Source of the DNA: Clostridiaceae bacterium
GTDB taxonomy: Bacteria > Bacillota > Clostridia > Acetivibrionales > DUMB01
NCBI GenBank assembly: GCA_012840535.1
Contig: DULF01000095.1
Location: 9,069 to 73,068 of the forward strand
Length of the DNA: 64,000 bases
Direction of reading: 5' to 3'
Part shown: piece after piece, positions 36,538-46,176 of the stretch
Position numbering within the stretch: position 1 is the stretch's first letter
Layout: every line of letters starts with the position of its first letter
Program-made: the position numbers and the translations under genes
Notes under the pieces: generated by a model
What the model was told of the DNA's origin: nothing
Databases searched by the model: none
The model's input: only the letters and a program-made list of their open reading frames with translations

Positions 36538-37914
36538 CTATTTTCTTTCCATACCTCTTTTTATTACCCAGTTTTCTTTTATAACCTGGCGTTCTCTGGC
36601 AATTGCAAGAGCATATTCCGGAACCTCTTCGGTTATTGTTGAGCCTGCGGCAATATATGAATTATCTTTAACCTCAACAGGCGCAATAAGGTTCACATTG
36701 CATCCTACAAATGAATTATTCCCGATAATTGTCTTGCTTTTCTTTTTTCCGTCATAATTGACAGTTATTACGCCGCATGCTATATTTGTATTTTTTCCTA
36801 TTTCAGCATCGCCTATATACGCAAGATGGGGTATTTTAGTCTTGTCTCCCACCACGGATTTCTTTATTTCCACAAAATCACCTATTTTCACATTATTGCC
36901 TATAACACTTTCAGGTCTGATATATGCAAAAGGTCCGACACGTACATCATTTCCTATTGTGCTGTTAAGTATTACAGAGCTGTTTATCTCTGTGCCGTTT
37001 CCTACTTTCGCGTCAACCAGCCTGCTGTTTGGCCCTATTATACAATCTTCGCCAATTACAGTGCTTCCCTCAATAATTGTACCCGGATAGACAACCGTGT
37101 CAATCCCGATTTTCACACCTTCATCTATGTATGTGGAAGCCGGGTCTATAATCGTTACCCCGGATTTCATATGTTTCTCAAGTATCCGCTTTCTGATAAG
37201 TTCAGATGCCTGATATAACTGGACTCTGTCATTTATTCCAAGTATCTCGGCAGGGTTCTCAAGTTTCATAGCCCCTGCTTTAAACCCTTCATTTATCAGG
37301 ATCCTAATGGTATCTGTTATATAAAACTCGCCCTGCTCATTATCATTGGTCAACTTTTTCAACGATTCCAAAAGAGGCCTTATTGTAAAGCAATAAAGCC
37401 CGGAATTTATCTCTTTTATCCTCTTTTCTTCATCCGAGGCATCGCGCTCTTCGACAATCTTGACAACATTTCCATATTCATCCCTGACAATCCTTCCATA
37501 ACCAGTTGGATCGTCAAAGTCTGCAGTTACAACGGTTACTGCATTACCGTTCTTTTTATGTAAATCAATGCAGCCGGATATGGTTTCTGCAGTTATTAAC
37601 GGAGTATCCCCGTACAACACAAACACATATCCTTCCTTGCCTCTCAAGTATTCTTCCGCCTGCATTACCGCATGTCCCGTGCCGAGCTGCAGGTTCTGAA
37701 CAGCATACTTTACCCTGCCACCCATACATTCTTTTACCTGGTCCGCTCTATGTCCTACAACTAATATGGTCTCATCTATGCCTGCACCGGATACCGCGTC
37801 ATAAACCCACTCGATGAGTGATTTGCCGCAAATCTTGTGTGCCACTTTTGAATTTTTTGATTTCATCCTCTTGCCTTCACCAGCTGCAAGAATTATTGCC
37901 ATAAGATGTTCCAT
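36538..37914 (-). CDS. glmU: Bifunctional UDP-GlcNAc diphosphorylase / GlcN-1-P N-acetyltransferase
   Basis: It has AIILAAGEGKRMKS and a C-terminal left-handed beta-helix made of hexapeptide repeats. An AGGGGG RBS precedes ATG 37914. Confidence 0.95.
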   Translation of the reverse strand: MEHLMAIILAAGEGKRMKSKNSKVAHKICGKSLIEWVYDAVSGAGIDETILVVGHRADQVKECMGGRVKYAVQNLQLGTGHAVMQAEEYLRGKEGYVFVLYGDTPLITAETISGCIDLHKKNGNAVTVVTADFDDPTGYGRIVRDEYGNVVKIVEERDASDEEKRIKEINSGLYCFTIRPLLESLKKLTNDNEQGEFYITDTIRILINEGFKAGAMKLENPAEILGINDRVQLYQASELIRKRILEKHMKSGVTIIDPASTYIDEGVKIGIDTVVYPGTIIEGSTVIGEDCIIGPNSRLVDAKVGNGTEINSSVILNSTIGNDVRVGPFAYIRPESVIGNNVKIGDFVEIKKSVVGDKTKIPHLAYIGDAEIGKNTNIACGVITVNYDGKKKSKTIIGNNSFVGCNVNLIAPVEVKDNSYIAAGSTITEEVPEYALAIARERQVIKENWVIKRGMERK

Positions 37915-37987
37915 AAAACCACGCCCCCTATCCAAGGTTTATTTTCTCATTTTTTTTTTATTTTTTCAATATAAAATCCTTACGGCG

Positions 37988-38029
37988 GGTAATGGGTATG
38001 AGGTAAGGGGTAAAGGGGAACAGGGAAGA
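37988..38029 (+). repeat. Short phased GGTANNN heptamer run (4 clean + 2 degenerate units)
   Basis: The units are GGTAATG GGTATGA GGTAAGG GGTAAAG GGGAACA GGGAAGA. This is the same unit family as the array at 59025-59157. Confidence 0.7.
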
Positions 38030-38123
38030 AAGCTATAGTCAGTCTTACGGCGGGCAAAGGGTTCAGGCAAGTGGTAAAAAATTGAAAATTTAACTGAATA
38101 AAAAAGAGGCTATTATAAAACCT

Positions 38124-38186
38124 CCAAACCATAACCTATAACCCCTTACCGTTAGGTAACACCCATTACCTATAACCTGTTTTACC
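38124..38186 (+). repeat. Degenerate complementary copies (NNNTACC/NNNAACC) forming the inverted partner of 37988-38029
   Basis: ACCCCTTACC (38141-38150) is the exact reverse complement of GGTAAGGGGT (38002-38011). ACCCATTACC (38161-38170) is the exact reverse complement of GGTAATGGGT (37988-37997). Confidence 0.65.
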
Positions 38187-38254
38187 GTCAGGTAAAACAA
38201 AAAAACAGAGACTAAGTCCTGTTTTCTCAAAATACAACAATATACTTCTCAGCG

Positions 38255-38288
38255 CAAAATGAAGACACTTATTAAAAATAAGTGTCTT
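38255..38288 (-). terminator. Hairpin terminator downstream of spoVG
   Basis: AAGACACTTAT (38262-38272) pairs perfectly (11 bp) with ATAAGTGTCTT (38278-38288), 6 nt after the spoVG stop. On the minus strand CATTTTG follows; the plus strand has TTTTTT. Confidence 0.6.
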
Positions 38289-38293
38289 TTTTC

Positions 38294-38560
38294 CTATTCT
38301 TCAACTGCTATAGTAGATTCATACTTCTGCAAAATTGCTGTTTGTATTTTCTCCCTTGTAGCAGCGTTTATCGGGTGTGCAATATCTTTAAATTCACCGT
38401 CAGGAGTTTTTCTGCTCGGCATTGCAATGAATAGTCCGTTTTGACTCTCTATAACTTTTATGTCATGGACGACAAATTCATTGTCAAAGGTAACAGAAAC
38501 AACTGCCTTCATTTTTCCTTCTACGTCGATTCTTCTAATGCGGACATCTGTAATCTCCAT
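38294..38560 (-). CDS. spoVG: Septation protein SpoVG
   Basis: [11 protein letters not shown]...[46 protein letters not shown] is the canonical SpoVG sequence pattern. Confidence 0.95.
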   Translation of the reverse strand: MEITDVRIRRIDVEGKMKAVVSVTFDNEFVVHDIKVIESQNGLFIAMPSRKTPDGEFKDIAHPINAATREKIQTAILQKYESTIAVEE

Positions 38561-38718
38561 AGATGTTACCACCTTCCGTTATTTTATGTACGTTTCCCTT
38601 ACTTTTATATATTCTATACAAAAACGCTTTTTCCTTCTTAATTTAATAAATTTCTCAATAATTTATGCACTATTAAGTTAATTATATTTTTAAACATGAA
38701 GCGGTTAATAAAGTAAAG

Positions 38719-39540
38719 TTAATAGTTAAACCTCTCACTTGGTGATATTTTTACGGTAGCATCTGCTTCATTGACATTATCAAGAGTTAAAATGGAAAAA
38801 TAATCATCTACCAGCTTTTTTTCAGGTTCAGCTGTTTTTATCAGGACTCCGATGCCCGCAACTTCACAGTCAAATTCCTTTGCCAGCTCAACAATTCCTT
38901 TGGCAGTTCCGCCACCTTTCATAAAATCATCTATAAAAAGGAGCCTGGAATTTCTTTTCAACGCTTTTATAGAAAGCACCATCGTCTGTACCTTTTTGGA
39001 GTATCCCGAAACATAATTTATGTTAACTGACGCGCCGTCCGTCGCTTCACTATAATGCCTGACAATAACAAGAGGAGCGTTCATATACTTTGCTGTAATA
39101 AAAGCCAGGGGTATGCCTTTTGTTTCGACTGTCACCACATAATCAACATCTCGTGAAAAAAATTCTCCTGCAAATATACGCCCAATATTTGAAACTATTT
39201 CAGGATTATAAATAATATCAAGCATATAAAGATATCCGCCGGGAAGTATTCTCTCTTTCTTTTCCAGCTCCCTGCATAAAAAATTCAGTAAGTCTTTTGT
39301 TTTTTCAGTACCGAGGGACGGAATAAATATGACTCCTCCTGATGCGCCAGGAATTGTTTTTATAAAACCTAATTCAAAATTCCTGAAAGTGCTTTCAAGA
39401 ATATCAATATCCTCGCTGATGGTTGACTTCGCAACTCCAAACATTTCAGAAAAGTAACCCAGCGTAAATACCTTTCCCGGAGAATCGGACAGTATTTTGG
39501 TAAGCATAACCATACGTTCGCTTCTGTGCATTTTGAGCAT
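38719..39540 (-). CDS. purR: Pur operon repressor
   Basis: It is collinear with B. subtilis PurR as I recall it: HRSERMV..LT..L, STISEDI, ILPGGYLY, and a PRT-type core VTVETKGIPLA...LFIDDFMKGGGT. Confidence 0.9.
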   Translation of the reverse strand: MLKMHRSERMVMLTKILSDSPGKVFTLGYFSEMFGVAKSTISEDIDILESTFRNFELGFIKTIPGASGGVIFIPSLGTEKTKDLLNFLCRELEKKERILPGGYLYMLDIIYNPEIVSNIGRIFAGEFFSRDVDYVVTVETKGIPLAFITAKYMNAPLVIVRHYSEATDGASVNINYVSGYSKKVQTMVLSIKALKRNSRLLFIDDFMKGGGTAKGIVELAKEFDCEVAGIGVLIKTAEPEKKLVDDYFSILTLDNVNEADATVKISPSERFNY

Positions 39541-39777
39541 TCTAATCCCTCAATTCACAAGTGTACCTTCTATATTATAAAACAAATATTTATGCATGAG
39601 AACATTTATTATAATTTAAATCGCAAAATAATATAATAAAAATAAAAAAAATGTCATATAATAAATATTGTATATTTTAGTATTTTTTGAAATTTTACTT
39701 TTTGGTTATAATAATGTATTATTGTATTTGGTGAGTTATTTTTCAAATTTTAAATTACCCCGAAGAGGTGTTTTGAG

Positions 39778-41196
39778 TTGGAAGGACTTAATCTTCTTGA
39801 ATTACCTGGAATTAAACATATACATTTTATAGGCATAGGTGGCATAAGTATGAGCGGCCTGGCTGAAATCCTTTTAAACCTCGGTTTTAAAGTCTCCGGA
39901 TCGGATATCAGGGAATCCAATTTGACGCAAAAGCTCAGGCAGCTCGGAGCAGCAGTGGTTCCACACCACAGCAAGGAAAATGTACATAACGCAGACCTCG
40001 TTGTTTATACTGCAGCAGTCAAAGAAAACAATCCCGAACTTGTGGAAGCCAGAAAATTGAATATTCCTGTAATAGACAGAGCAACCCTTTTGGGACTGAT
40101 TATGAAAAAATATCCCTATAGTATTGCAGTATCAGGCACTCATGGAAAAACGACCACCACTTCCATGATATCCGTGATTCTGCTTGAATCAGGTTTAAAT
40201 CCGACAATTCATATAGGCGGTGAGCTTGACTCTATAGGCGGTACTACAAAAATAGGCAACAGCAGATATTTCGTGGCAGAAGCTTGTGAGTATTATGAAA
40301 GCTTTTTAAAGTTCTCCCCGTTTATGGCAATCATAAATAATATTGAATACGACCATGCAGACTTTTTTACCGGCATAGAGCATGTAAAGCAGACTTTCCT
40401 GAAATTTGCCTCGCTTGTTCCTGAAGACGGATACGTGGTTGCCAATATAGATGACCTTAATGTGTCGTCGGTTCTGGATAAAATACATTGCAATAAGGTT
40501 ACTTACGGTATAAAATCCAGCGATGCCATGTGGACCGCAAAAGATATAGCATACGATTCCCTGGGATGCGCTTCCTTTAAACTTGTACATAATGACAAGG
40601 AAGTTACCGAAATTAAACTGAATGTGCCCGGAGTCCATAATGTAATCAATGCTTTGGCTGCATCAGCCGCATGTTACACCATTGGCTGCAGCGCCGATTC
40701 AATAAGGCTGGGACTCAATAACTTTTATGGCACACACAGGCGCTTTGAGCTGAAAGGTATATTAAACAATATAAAAGTAATTGATGATTACGCTCATCAT
40801 CCGTCCGAGGTCAAAGCTACCCTAAAGGCAGCAAGAAATTCGTCCCACTCAAAAATTTGGTGTGTATTTCAGCCACATACTTATACAAGGACCAAAACCC
40901 TATTAGCAGAGTTTGCCAAGGCTTTCGCTGACGCAGATACAGTAATAGTGGCTGACATTTATGCAGCAAGAGAAGTAGACAACGGTGAAATACATTCAAA
41001 AGTGCTGGCAGACAGAATAAATGCAAATTCTCCGAATCATAAGGCCATATATATCAGCGGATTCAATAACATTGTCAAATACCTTGAAGATAATGTCTCA
41101 CCGGGAGACCTTATTATAACAATGGGTGCAGGTGATATATATAAAGTAGGAGAGTTGTATCTTAGCAACAGAACCAATGTTATGGCTGTAAGCTGA
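39778..41196 (+). CDS. murC: UDP-N-acetylmuramate--L-alanine ligase
   Basis: It contains IHFIGIGGISMSGLAEIL, VSGTHGKTTTTSM and DDYAHHPSE. A TTG start follows a GAAGAGGTG RBS. Confidence 0.9.
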   Translation: MEGLNLLELPGIKHIHFIGIGGISMSGLAEILLNLGFKVSGSDIRESNLTQKLRQLGAAVVPHHSKENVHNADLVVYTAAVKENNPELVEARKLNIPVIDRATLLGLIMKKYPYSIAVSGTHGKTTTTSMISVILLESGLNPTIHIGGELDSIGGTTKIGNSRYFVAEACEYYESFLKFSPFMAIINNIEYDHADFFTGIEHVKQTFLKFASLVPEDGYVVANIDDLNVSSVLDKIHCNKVTYGIKSSDAMWTAKDIAYDSLGCASFKLVHNDKEVTEIKLNVPGVHNVINALAASAACYTIGCSADSIRLGLNNFYGTHRRFELKGILNNIKVIDDYAHHPSEVKATLKAARNSSHSKIWCVFQPHTYTRTKTLLAEFAKAFADADTVIVADIYAAREVDNGEIHSKVLADRINANSPNHKAIYISGFNNIVKYLEDNVSPGDLIITMGAGDIYKVGELYLSNRTNVMAVS

Positions 41197-41213
41197 AAAG
41201 CTGTGCACACAAT

Positions 41214-41255
41214 AAGGAGATGCCATGGCTTAACATGCATCTCCTTTTGATTTTA
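41214..41255 (+). terminator. Rho-independent terminator after murC
   Basis: AAGGAGATGC (41214-41223) pairs with GCATCTCCTT (41237-41246), followed by TTGATTTT. Confidence 0.65.
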
Positions 41256-41289
41256 CGTTCTCGTTTATCCATTTGTTTTAGTGAACTTA

Positions 41290-41724
41290 TCATTTATCTA
41301 TGCTCACCATAGCAAACCTGATTTCTCCCTCGGCTGCTGTTTGTCCGTCAACTGACGCTTTAACCTTTGCTTTAACCACTCCCATTTTATTTGCCAGGAT
41401 TTCAGCTTCAAGGATAAGCGTGTCGCCCGGAACTACCTGTTTCTTAAACTTCATAGACTCTATGCCTGCAAAGACACCGAGCTTATTCCTGCTCTCATCC
41501 TGTATGGCAACTGCAATACCGGCAGCCTGAGCAAGAGCTTCAACTATTAAAACGCCTGGCATAATGGGATTTCCCGGGAAATGTCCCTGAAAAAACGGTT
41601 CATTGACAGTTACATTTTTTACAGCTACAGTTTTCTTTCCAGGCTCTACTTCAACAACTTTATCAACCAGCAGGAATGGATACCTGTGTGGAAGAATTTT
41701 CTGAACTTCAATATTCGTTAACAT
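41290..41724 (-). CDS. fabZ: 3-hydroxyacyl-ACP dehydratase
   Basis: It contains ILPHRYPFLLVDKV and FFQGHFPGNPIMPGVLIVEALAQ. Confidence 0.95.
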   Translation of the reverse strand: MLTNIEVQKILPHRYPFLLVDKVVEVEPGKKTVAVKNVTVNEPFFQGHFPGNPIMPGVLIVEALAQAAGIAVAIQDESRNKLGVFAGIESMKFKKQVVPGDTLILEAEILANKMGVVKAKVKASVDGQTAAEGEIRFAMVSIDK

Positions 41725-41781
41725 AAAATACCTCCATCAACTTAAATTATAACTTGCTATGCAAGTATATCTCACATTTAA

Positions 41782-41819
41782 ATAGAATTTAATTAAATTT
41801 GTATTTAATTAAATTCTAT
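41782..41819. promoter_or_regulatory. Perfect 17-bp AT-only inverted repeat upstream of fabZ
   Basis: ATAGAATTTAATTAAAT (41782-41798), loop TTGT, then ATTTAATTAAATTCTAT (41803-41819). Confidence 0.5.
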
Positions 41820-41907
41820 AAAAAATTTAAAAACCCTTCTCGGAGGTTAATCATGTCAAATTAGCTGAGACAAATTTGTGAATAACATCAGCCTTCTTCC
41901 TTATGCT

Positions 41908-43200
41908 TCACATTACCTCCCTGATCACCGCATCAAAATCAAAATCTTTTTTAATCATGGGTATCAGTCTCATCAATGTCATCCTGTGCCGCATATAAGC
42001 ATGATATTTCAGCGCCTGCAAGCATAAATCGTACGATACGTCAATTTCACTGATTTTTGTTGCCGCCTTTGCTCTTTTCAAAAGTTTAAGCATATCCTCA
42101 TATGAAGGCAGTTCTGTTTTTATAAGTTTGCAGATATCTCCCCAGCGTTCCCTTATAATTTCAGGCGAGGTTTTGGTTGTAACCGTGGGGTTGTTCACCT
42201 TTTTTACATCCTCGATGAAGTTTTCGCCGTATGCGCGATAAATTTCCTCCCAGTCCAAGTTTTCCTCTCCAATATCAACTTGCGACTCTGTGAGCATATG
42301 ATAAGTTTTTGCAGTTAAAAGCGTGGCAATTCCGACTTTTTTCCCGTGATAATCTGACAGCTCCCCTTTTTCCAGCTTTTTTATCTCCCAGAAATGGGAA
42401 ATTACATGTTCAGCGCCGGATGCAGGGCGGGTATTATGGGTAAAGCTCATTCCAAGTCCTGTCAATACCAGCGCTTCCATAATTGCACCCGCAGTTTCAG
42501 GGTCGTTCTTTGTTACGGAATCCACCATCGAAACAATTTTTTTAAGGGCTTCGATTGTCAAATTCGCAACATTTTCGCAGTAATATTCACCGGTGGTCAT
42601 AGTGGAAATCTTCCAGTCCACAATAGCGATGTATTTCGCAATCATATCCCCAAAGCCGGCTGCTTTCAGTTCAACGGGAGCCGCTGCCAAAATATCGGTA
42701 TCTCCGATAACAACTTTGGGGCTGCATGCCGGATATGATATTTTAAAATTGCCGTTGATAATAGGCGCTGAGTCTGATGCAAAGCCGTCCATGGACGGTG
42801 CGGTTGCAAAGATTGCAAAATCCTTACCTGCGCGTGCTGCAGCAAGACGGCAGATATCGCAAATTGAGCCACTGCCTACAGCAAGGATACCGTCAACATT
42901 TGCGCTCAGTTCCATCAATGTATTTACATCGGACATATGCGCAACCCGAAGGTTGTCATACAGCTTTAAAGTATGCTTATATCCGCCATCCGCAAGTATA
43001 TCCAGAATGCCATCGGCTGCCGACAATGTGTTTTTATCGGCTACAACCAGTATGTTCTTCGGGAAACCGTTTGTGCTTAAAATTTCGGCTGTTTTGTTAA
43101 TTAACCCCCTTCCGATTTCCACCGCAAGGATATTTGTCTCGTGCTTCCTTCCGCAGGGACAGTTTTTCAGTGAATCCTGTATTTCCTTTATATTCATCAT
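41908..43200 (-). CDS. Iron-containing alcohol-dehydrogenase superfamily protein, AraM/EgsA-like sn-glycerol-1-phosphate dehydrogenase
   Basis: It contains VVADKNT, GSGSICDICRL, APSMDGFAS and a His cluster (GAEHVISHFWE). It is adjacent to an AraL-like HAD hydrolase, as with araL-araM in B. subtilis. Confidence 0.55.
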   Translation of the reverse strand: MMNIKEIQDSLKNCPCGRKHETNILAVEIGRGLINKTAEILSTNGFPKNILVVADKNTLSAADGILDILADGGYKHTLKLYDNLRVAHMSDVNTLMELSANVDGILAVGSGSICDICRLAAARAGKDFAIFATAPSMDGFASDSAPIINGNFKISYPACSPKVVIGDTDILAAAPVELKAAGFGDMIAKYIAIVDWKISTMTTGEYYCENVANLTIEALKKIVSMVDSVTKNDPETAGAIMEALVLTGLGMSFTHNTRPASGAEHVISHFWEIKKLEKGELSDYHGKKVGIATLLTAKTYHMLTESQVDIGEENLDWEEIYRAYGENFIEDVKKVNNPTVTTKTSPEIIRERWGDICKLIKTELPSYEDMLKLLKRAKAATKISEIDVSYDLCLQALKYHAYMRHRMTLMRLIPMIKKDFDFDAVIREVM

Positions 43201-43220
43201 AATTCCTCCAATATTTTCAT

Positions 43221-44024
43221 TTATTCTTTCAGTGCTTCATATATATCTTTTATGCTGCCAAAAATAAAGTCAGGTTTTACGCTGCTTTCCTCAACATCAG
43301 CCAGAGTCGCTTCACCGCTTAAAACAAGGGCTGTACTTATTCCGGCATTTTTGCCGCAGGCGATGTCTGTATAGATTCTGTCACCTATCATAAGGGTTTC
43401 CTCGGGTGTAAAGCCGCTTTTTTCAATAGCCAGTAAAGCCATTGCCGGTTCAGGCTTGCCTATAAAAACCGGACGTCTCTTTGTAGCACGGTACAACATT
43501 TCACATACAGAGCCGCAGTCCGGAACATACCCGTACCAGGTGGGGCATACCCAATCCGGATTCGTTGCTATGTAATCAACACCTCTGTTAAGCAGAATAC
43601 AAGCATCCTCCAGCTTCTGAAAGGTCAGTTCAGTATCAAACCCAATGACAAGGCAGTCAATATCATCCTGTAGGGTGTCAACGACATTAATTCCGCTGTT
43701 TTTCAATTGTTGTTTAAACGCTTTGGTTCCAAACGCATAAATTTTTTTTGCGGGATAATTTTTATGTAAATACAAAACTGTGGCATCTGTCGATGTAAAA
43801 AAATCTTCTTCTCCGGCAGATATCCCCAATCCTTCAAGTTTTTCAACATATTTTTCCACACTCTTGGATGAGTTGTTGGTAAGGAACATGTACTTCCCGT
43901 TTATACTTTTCACATAATTAAGAAAATCCAACGTTCCATCAAAAAGCGTGTTGTCAATATATATTGTGCCATCCATATCAAGCAGAAACAATCTTTTGTT
44001 TTTAAGCTTTTTCACTCTAACCAC
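43221..44024 (-). CDS. HAD-IIA family sugar-phosphate phosphatase (NagD/AraL-like)
   Basis: It contains FLLDMDGTIY, FLTNNSS and MIGDRIYTDI. Confidence 0.75.
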   Translation of the reverse strand: MVRVKKLKNKRLFLLDMDGTIYIDNTLFDGTLDFLNYVKSINGKYMFLTNNSSKSVEKYVEKLEGLGISAGEEDFFTSTDATVLYLHKNYPAKKIYAFGTKAFKQQLKNSGINVVDTLQDDIDCLVIGFDTELTFQKLEDACILLNRGVDYIATNPDWVCPTWYGYVPDCGSVCEMLYRATKRRPVFIGKPEPAMALLAIEKSGFTPEETLMIGDRIYTDIACGKNAGISTALVLSGEATLADVEESSVKPDFIFGSIKDIYEALKE

Positions 44025-44560
44025 AACTCTTTCTTTGTAGTTGAAATTGCTGCAGCGCCCGCTTTAAGCGCATCAATAATATCTGATTTCATTTCAATGA
44101 GCCCGCCGGTTATAACAGGAACTTTCACCTTGCTTTTAAAAACAGAGATTACTCTTGTCAATATCCCGGGCATAATTTCTATCATGTCAGGCTTTGAAGA
44201 TTTAATGGATTCAATAGCGGTGTCAATTGAATGCGAGTCAACTATAAAAAACCGTTGAATCGTTATCAGGTTGCATTCTTTCGCAAGCTTAATTACATTT
44301 GCCCTTGTGCTGATAATTCCGTCAGCACCACATCTTGCTACATATTCAATGCCAACTCTGTCCTTTTCAATTCCCTCTGTAAAATCTATATGAACAAAAA
44401 TGTTTTTATGTTTTTCGTGCGCGTGTTCCACCATTTCCTTCAGGGTCAGTATATTTGATTGCAATAAAAATATAATCTTTACAGGTGAATCAACCGCAAA
44501 ATCAAAATCTTCTTTTGTCCGCACCGCTGCAATAACCGGGCTTGCTTCAAGATCAACCAT
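44012..44560 (-). CDS. glpP: Glycerol-3-phosphate-responsive antiterminator
   Basis: It is a GlpP-family protein of about 180 aa (PVIAAVR..., IFVHIDF.EGI..D..G.EYV, GIISTR, IQRFFIVDS). Its end overlaps the HAD gene start. Confidence 0.8.
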   Translation of the reverse strand: MVDLEASPVIAAVRTKEDFDFAVDSPVKIIFLLQSNILTLKEMVEHAHEKHKNIFVHIDFTEGIEKDRVGIEYVARCGADGIISTRANVIKLAKECNLITIQRFFIVDSHSIDTAIESIKSSKPDMIEIMPGILTRVISVFKSKVKVPVITGGLIEMKSDIIDALKAGAAAISTTKKELWLE

Positions 44561-44564
44561 GACA

Positions 44565-44915
44565 TCACCTCATGTTATTTGTAGAAATAACATTTGAACC
44601 AGTGCCTTCAATATTTTCTATTATAACCTTGCCGATTTCAATAGGCAATGATACTTTTGTGGATTTAATAGCCTTCATGCAATCAAACAGTTTTTCTTTA
44701 GGGACAGGTTTATCGGTTTTAACCGGCAGAACCTTTCCGTCAATCGTGAAAACTGTTGTAGTTATTGTTCTTAAAGGGTTTTTACACTCACTTTTTGCGT
44801 ATTCTTCCCCTCTTTTGCATGAATACCCTTTGATGCTTACAATTTCCCCTTTTTTTATTTCTACCTCTATATTACAACCTATCGGACATATTATGCAGGT
44901 CAGGTTTTTAATCAT
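44565..44915 (-). CDS. DUF1667-domain protein (third subunit of the clostridial G3P-oxidoreductase trio)
   Basis: It contains MIKNLTCIICPIGCNIEVE. A GGAGGG RBS precedes ATG 44915. There is an 8-nt overlap with the upstream gene. Confidence 0.75.
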   Translation of the reverse strand: MIKNLTCIICPIGCNIEVEIKKGEIVSIKGYSCKRGEEYAKSECKNPLRTITTTVFTIDGKVLPVKTDKPVPKEKLFDCMKAIKSTKVSLPIEIGKVIIENIEGTGSNVISTNNMR

Positions 44916-46176
44916 GCAATCCCTCCAATTCAAAAGTTACGATACCTCCTTTAATCTCCCTGATATTGTCTCCGGTAAGCTTTATCATCTCCATTTCTGC
45001 AGGTACAACTCTTTTCTTTTTGATTGAGGCAACAACTCTTTCGCCTTCTTTGATACTGATTTTTGCATTTCTATAGATGCCTGATGTCCTGAAATATATT
45101 TTTGCATCAGTAATCGAAGTGATCTTCCGGGGAACGGTATACCGTATCCCGCCGCCGGTTTTAATTATAATATTCCTTGCAAAACTCCCCGGACTCATTC
45201 CATTATTCTTTATGTAATCCGCTGCTGACTTCCCTGCAATTTCAGCCTCCTCGGAAACATAATCGACCAAATCGTGAACATGAAGCGCGTTCCCACAGGC
45301 AAAAATGCCTTTGACTGATGTCTGCCTGTTCTGGTCCACAACCGCCCCACCTGTAACGCTGTCCAATTCAATTCCTGCGGATTTTGCAAGTTCATTTTCT
45401 GGAATGAGACCCACTGACAGGAGCAATGTGTCACAAGATATGTATTCTTCAGTACCCGGAACCGGCTTTTTATTTTCATCGACTTTAGCTATTGTCACGC
45501 CTGTCAGCCGATGCTTTCCATGTATTTCAACAACAGTATGGCTTAATTTCAGGGGAATGTTAAAATCGTTAAGGCATTGCTCAACATTTCTTGCCCGTCC
45601 CCCCGGATACGGCATTATCTCACAAACCGCCTTTACTTCCGCACCCTCCAGGGTCATGCGTCTTGCCATAATCAGCCCAATATCGCCTGAGCCGAGAATA
45701 ACAACACTTTTCCCCGGCATATATCCCTTGATGTTAATATACTTCTGGGCTGTTCCCGCCGTAAATATGCCGGACGGTCGCGTGCCGGGAATATTCAATG
45801 CACCTCTCGGGCGTTCCCTGCAGCCCGTGGCAAGAATAACCGCTTTCGCTTTAATTTTGAATATCCCGTCCTGCTCATTGACTGCCGTGATAATCTTGTC
45901 TCTAGTAAATTCAGTTACCATGGTGTTTAATTTATAAGGTATCTTTAATTCTAGAATCTGTTTTTCATATCTCCACGAATATTCAGGCCCTGTTAGCTCC
46001 TCATTGAATTTGTGAATCCCAAAGCCGTTATGAATGCATTGCTGCAGGATTCCACCGAGGGTTTCAGCCCTCTCCAGTATTAAAATATCACGTATTCCGT
46101 TATTATAAGCACTTATTGCGGCGCTCATTCCCGCAGGACCGCCGCCGATTATGACCAAATCAGTACTTTTTACCAT
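44908..46176 (-). CDS. NAD(P)/FAD-dependent pyridine-nucleotide-disulfide-type oxidoreductase (GlpB-like partner)
   Basis: It contains DLVIIGGGPAGMSAA and a second dinucleotide fold VVILGSGDIGLIMA. Confidence 0.75.
   Translation of the reverse strand: MVKSTDLVIIGGGPAGMSAAISAYNNGIRDILILERAETLGGILQQCIHNGFGIHKFNEELTGPEYSWRYEKQILELKIPYKLNTMVTEFTRDKIITAVNEQDGIFKIKAKAVILATGCRERPRGALNIPGTRPSGIFTAGTAQKYINIKGYMPGKSVVILGSGDIGLIMARRMTLEGAEVKAVCEIMPYPGGRARNVEQCLNDFNIPLKLSHTVVEIHGKHRLTGVTIAKVDENKKPVPGTEEYISCDTLLLSVGLIPENELAKSAGIELDSVTGGAVVDQNRQTSVKGIFACGNALHVHDLVDYVSEEAEIAGKSAADYIKNNGMSPGSFARNIIIKTGGGIRYTVPRKITSITDAKIYFRTSGIYRNAKISIKEGERVVASIKKKRVVPAEMEMIKLTGDNIREIKGGIVTFELEGLHD

Noticed and set aside
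38040-38130. A weak hairpin GGAGG-TTTTATAATAG-CCTCT followed by a T-run on the minus strand, as an additional terminator inside the glmU leader.
   Set aside because: The stem is only 5 bp including a G:U pair, and it is indistinguishable from chance in AT-rich DNA.
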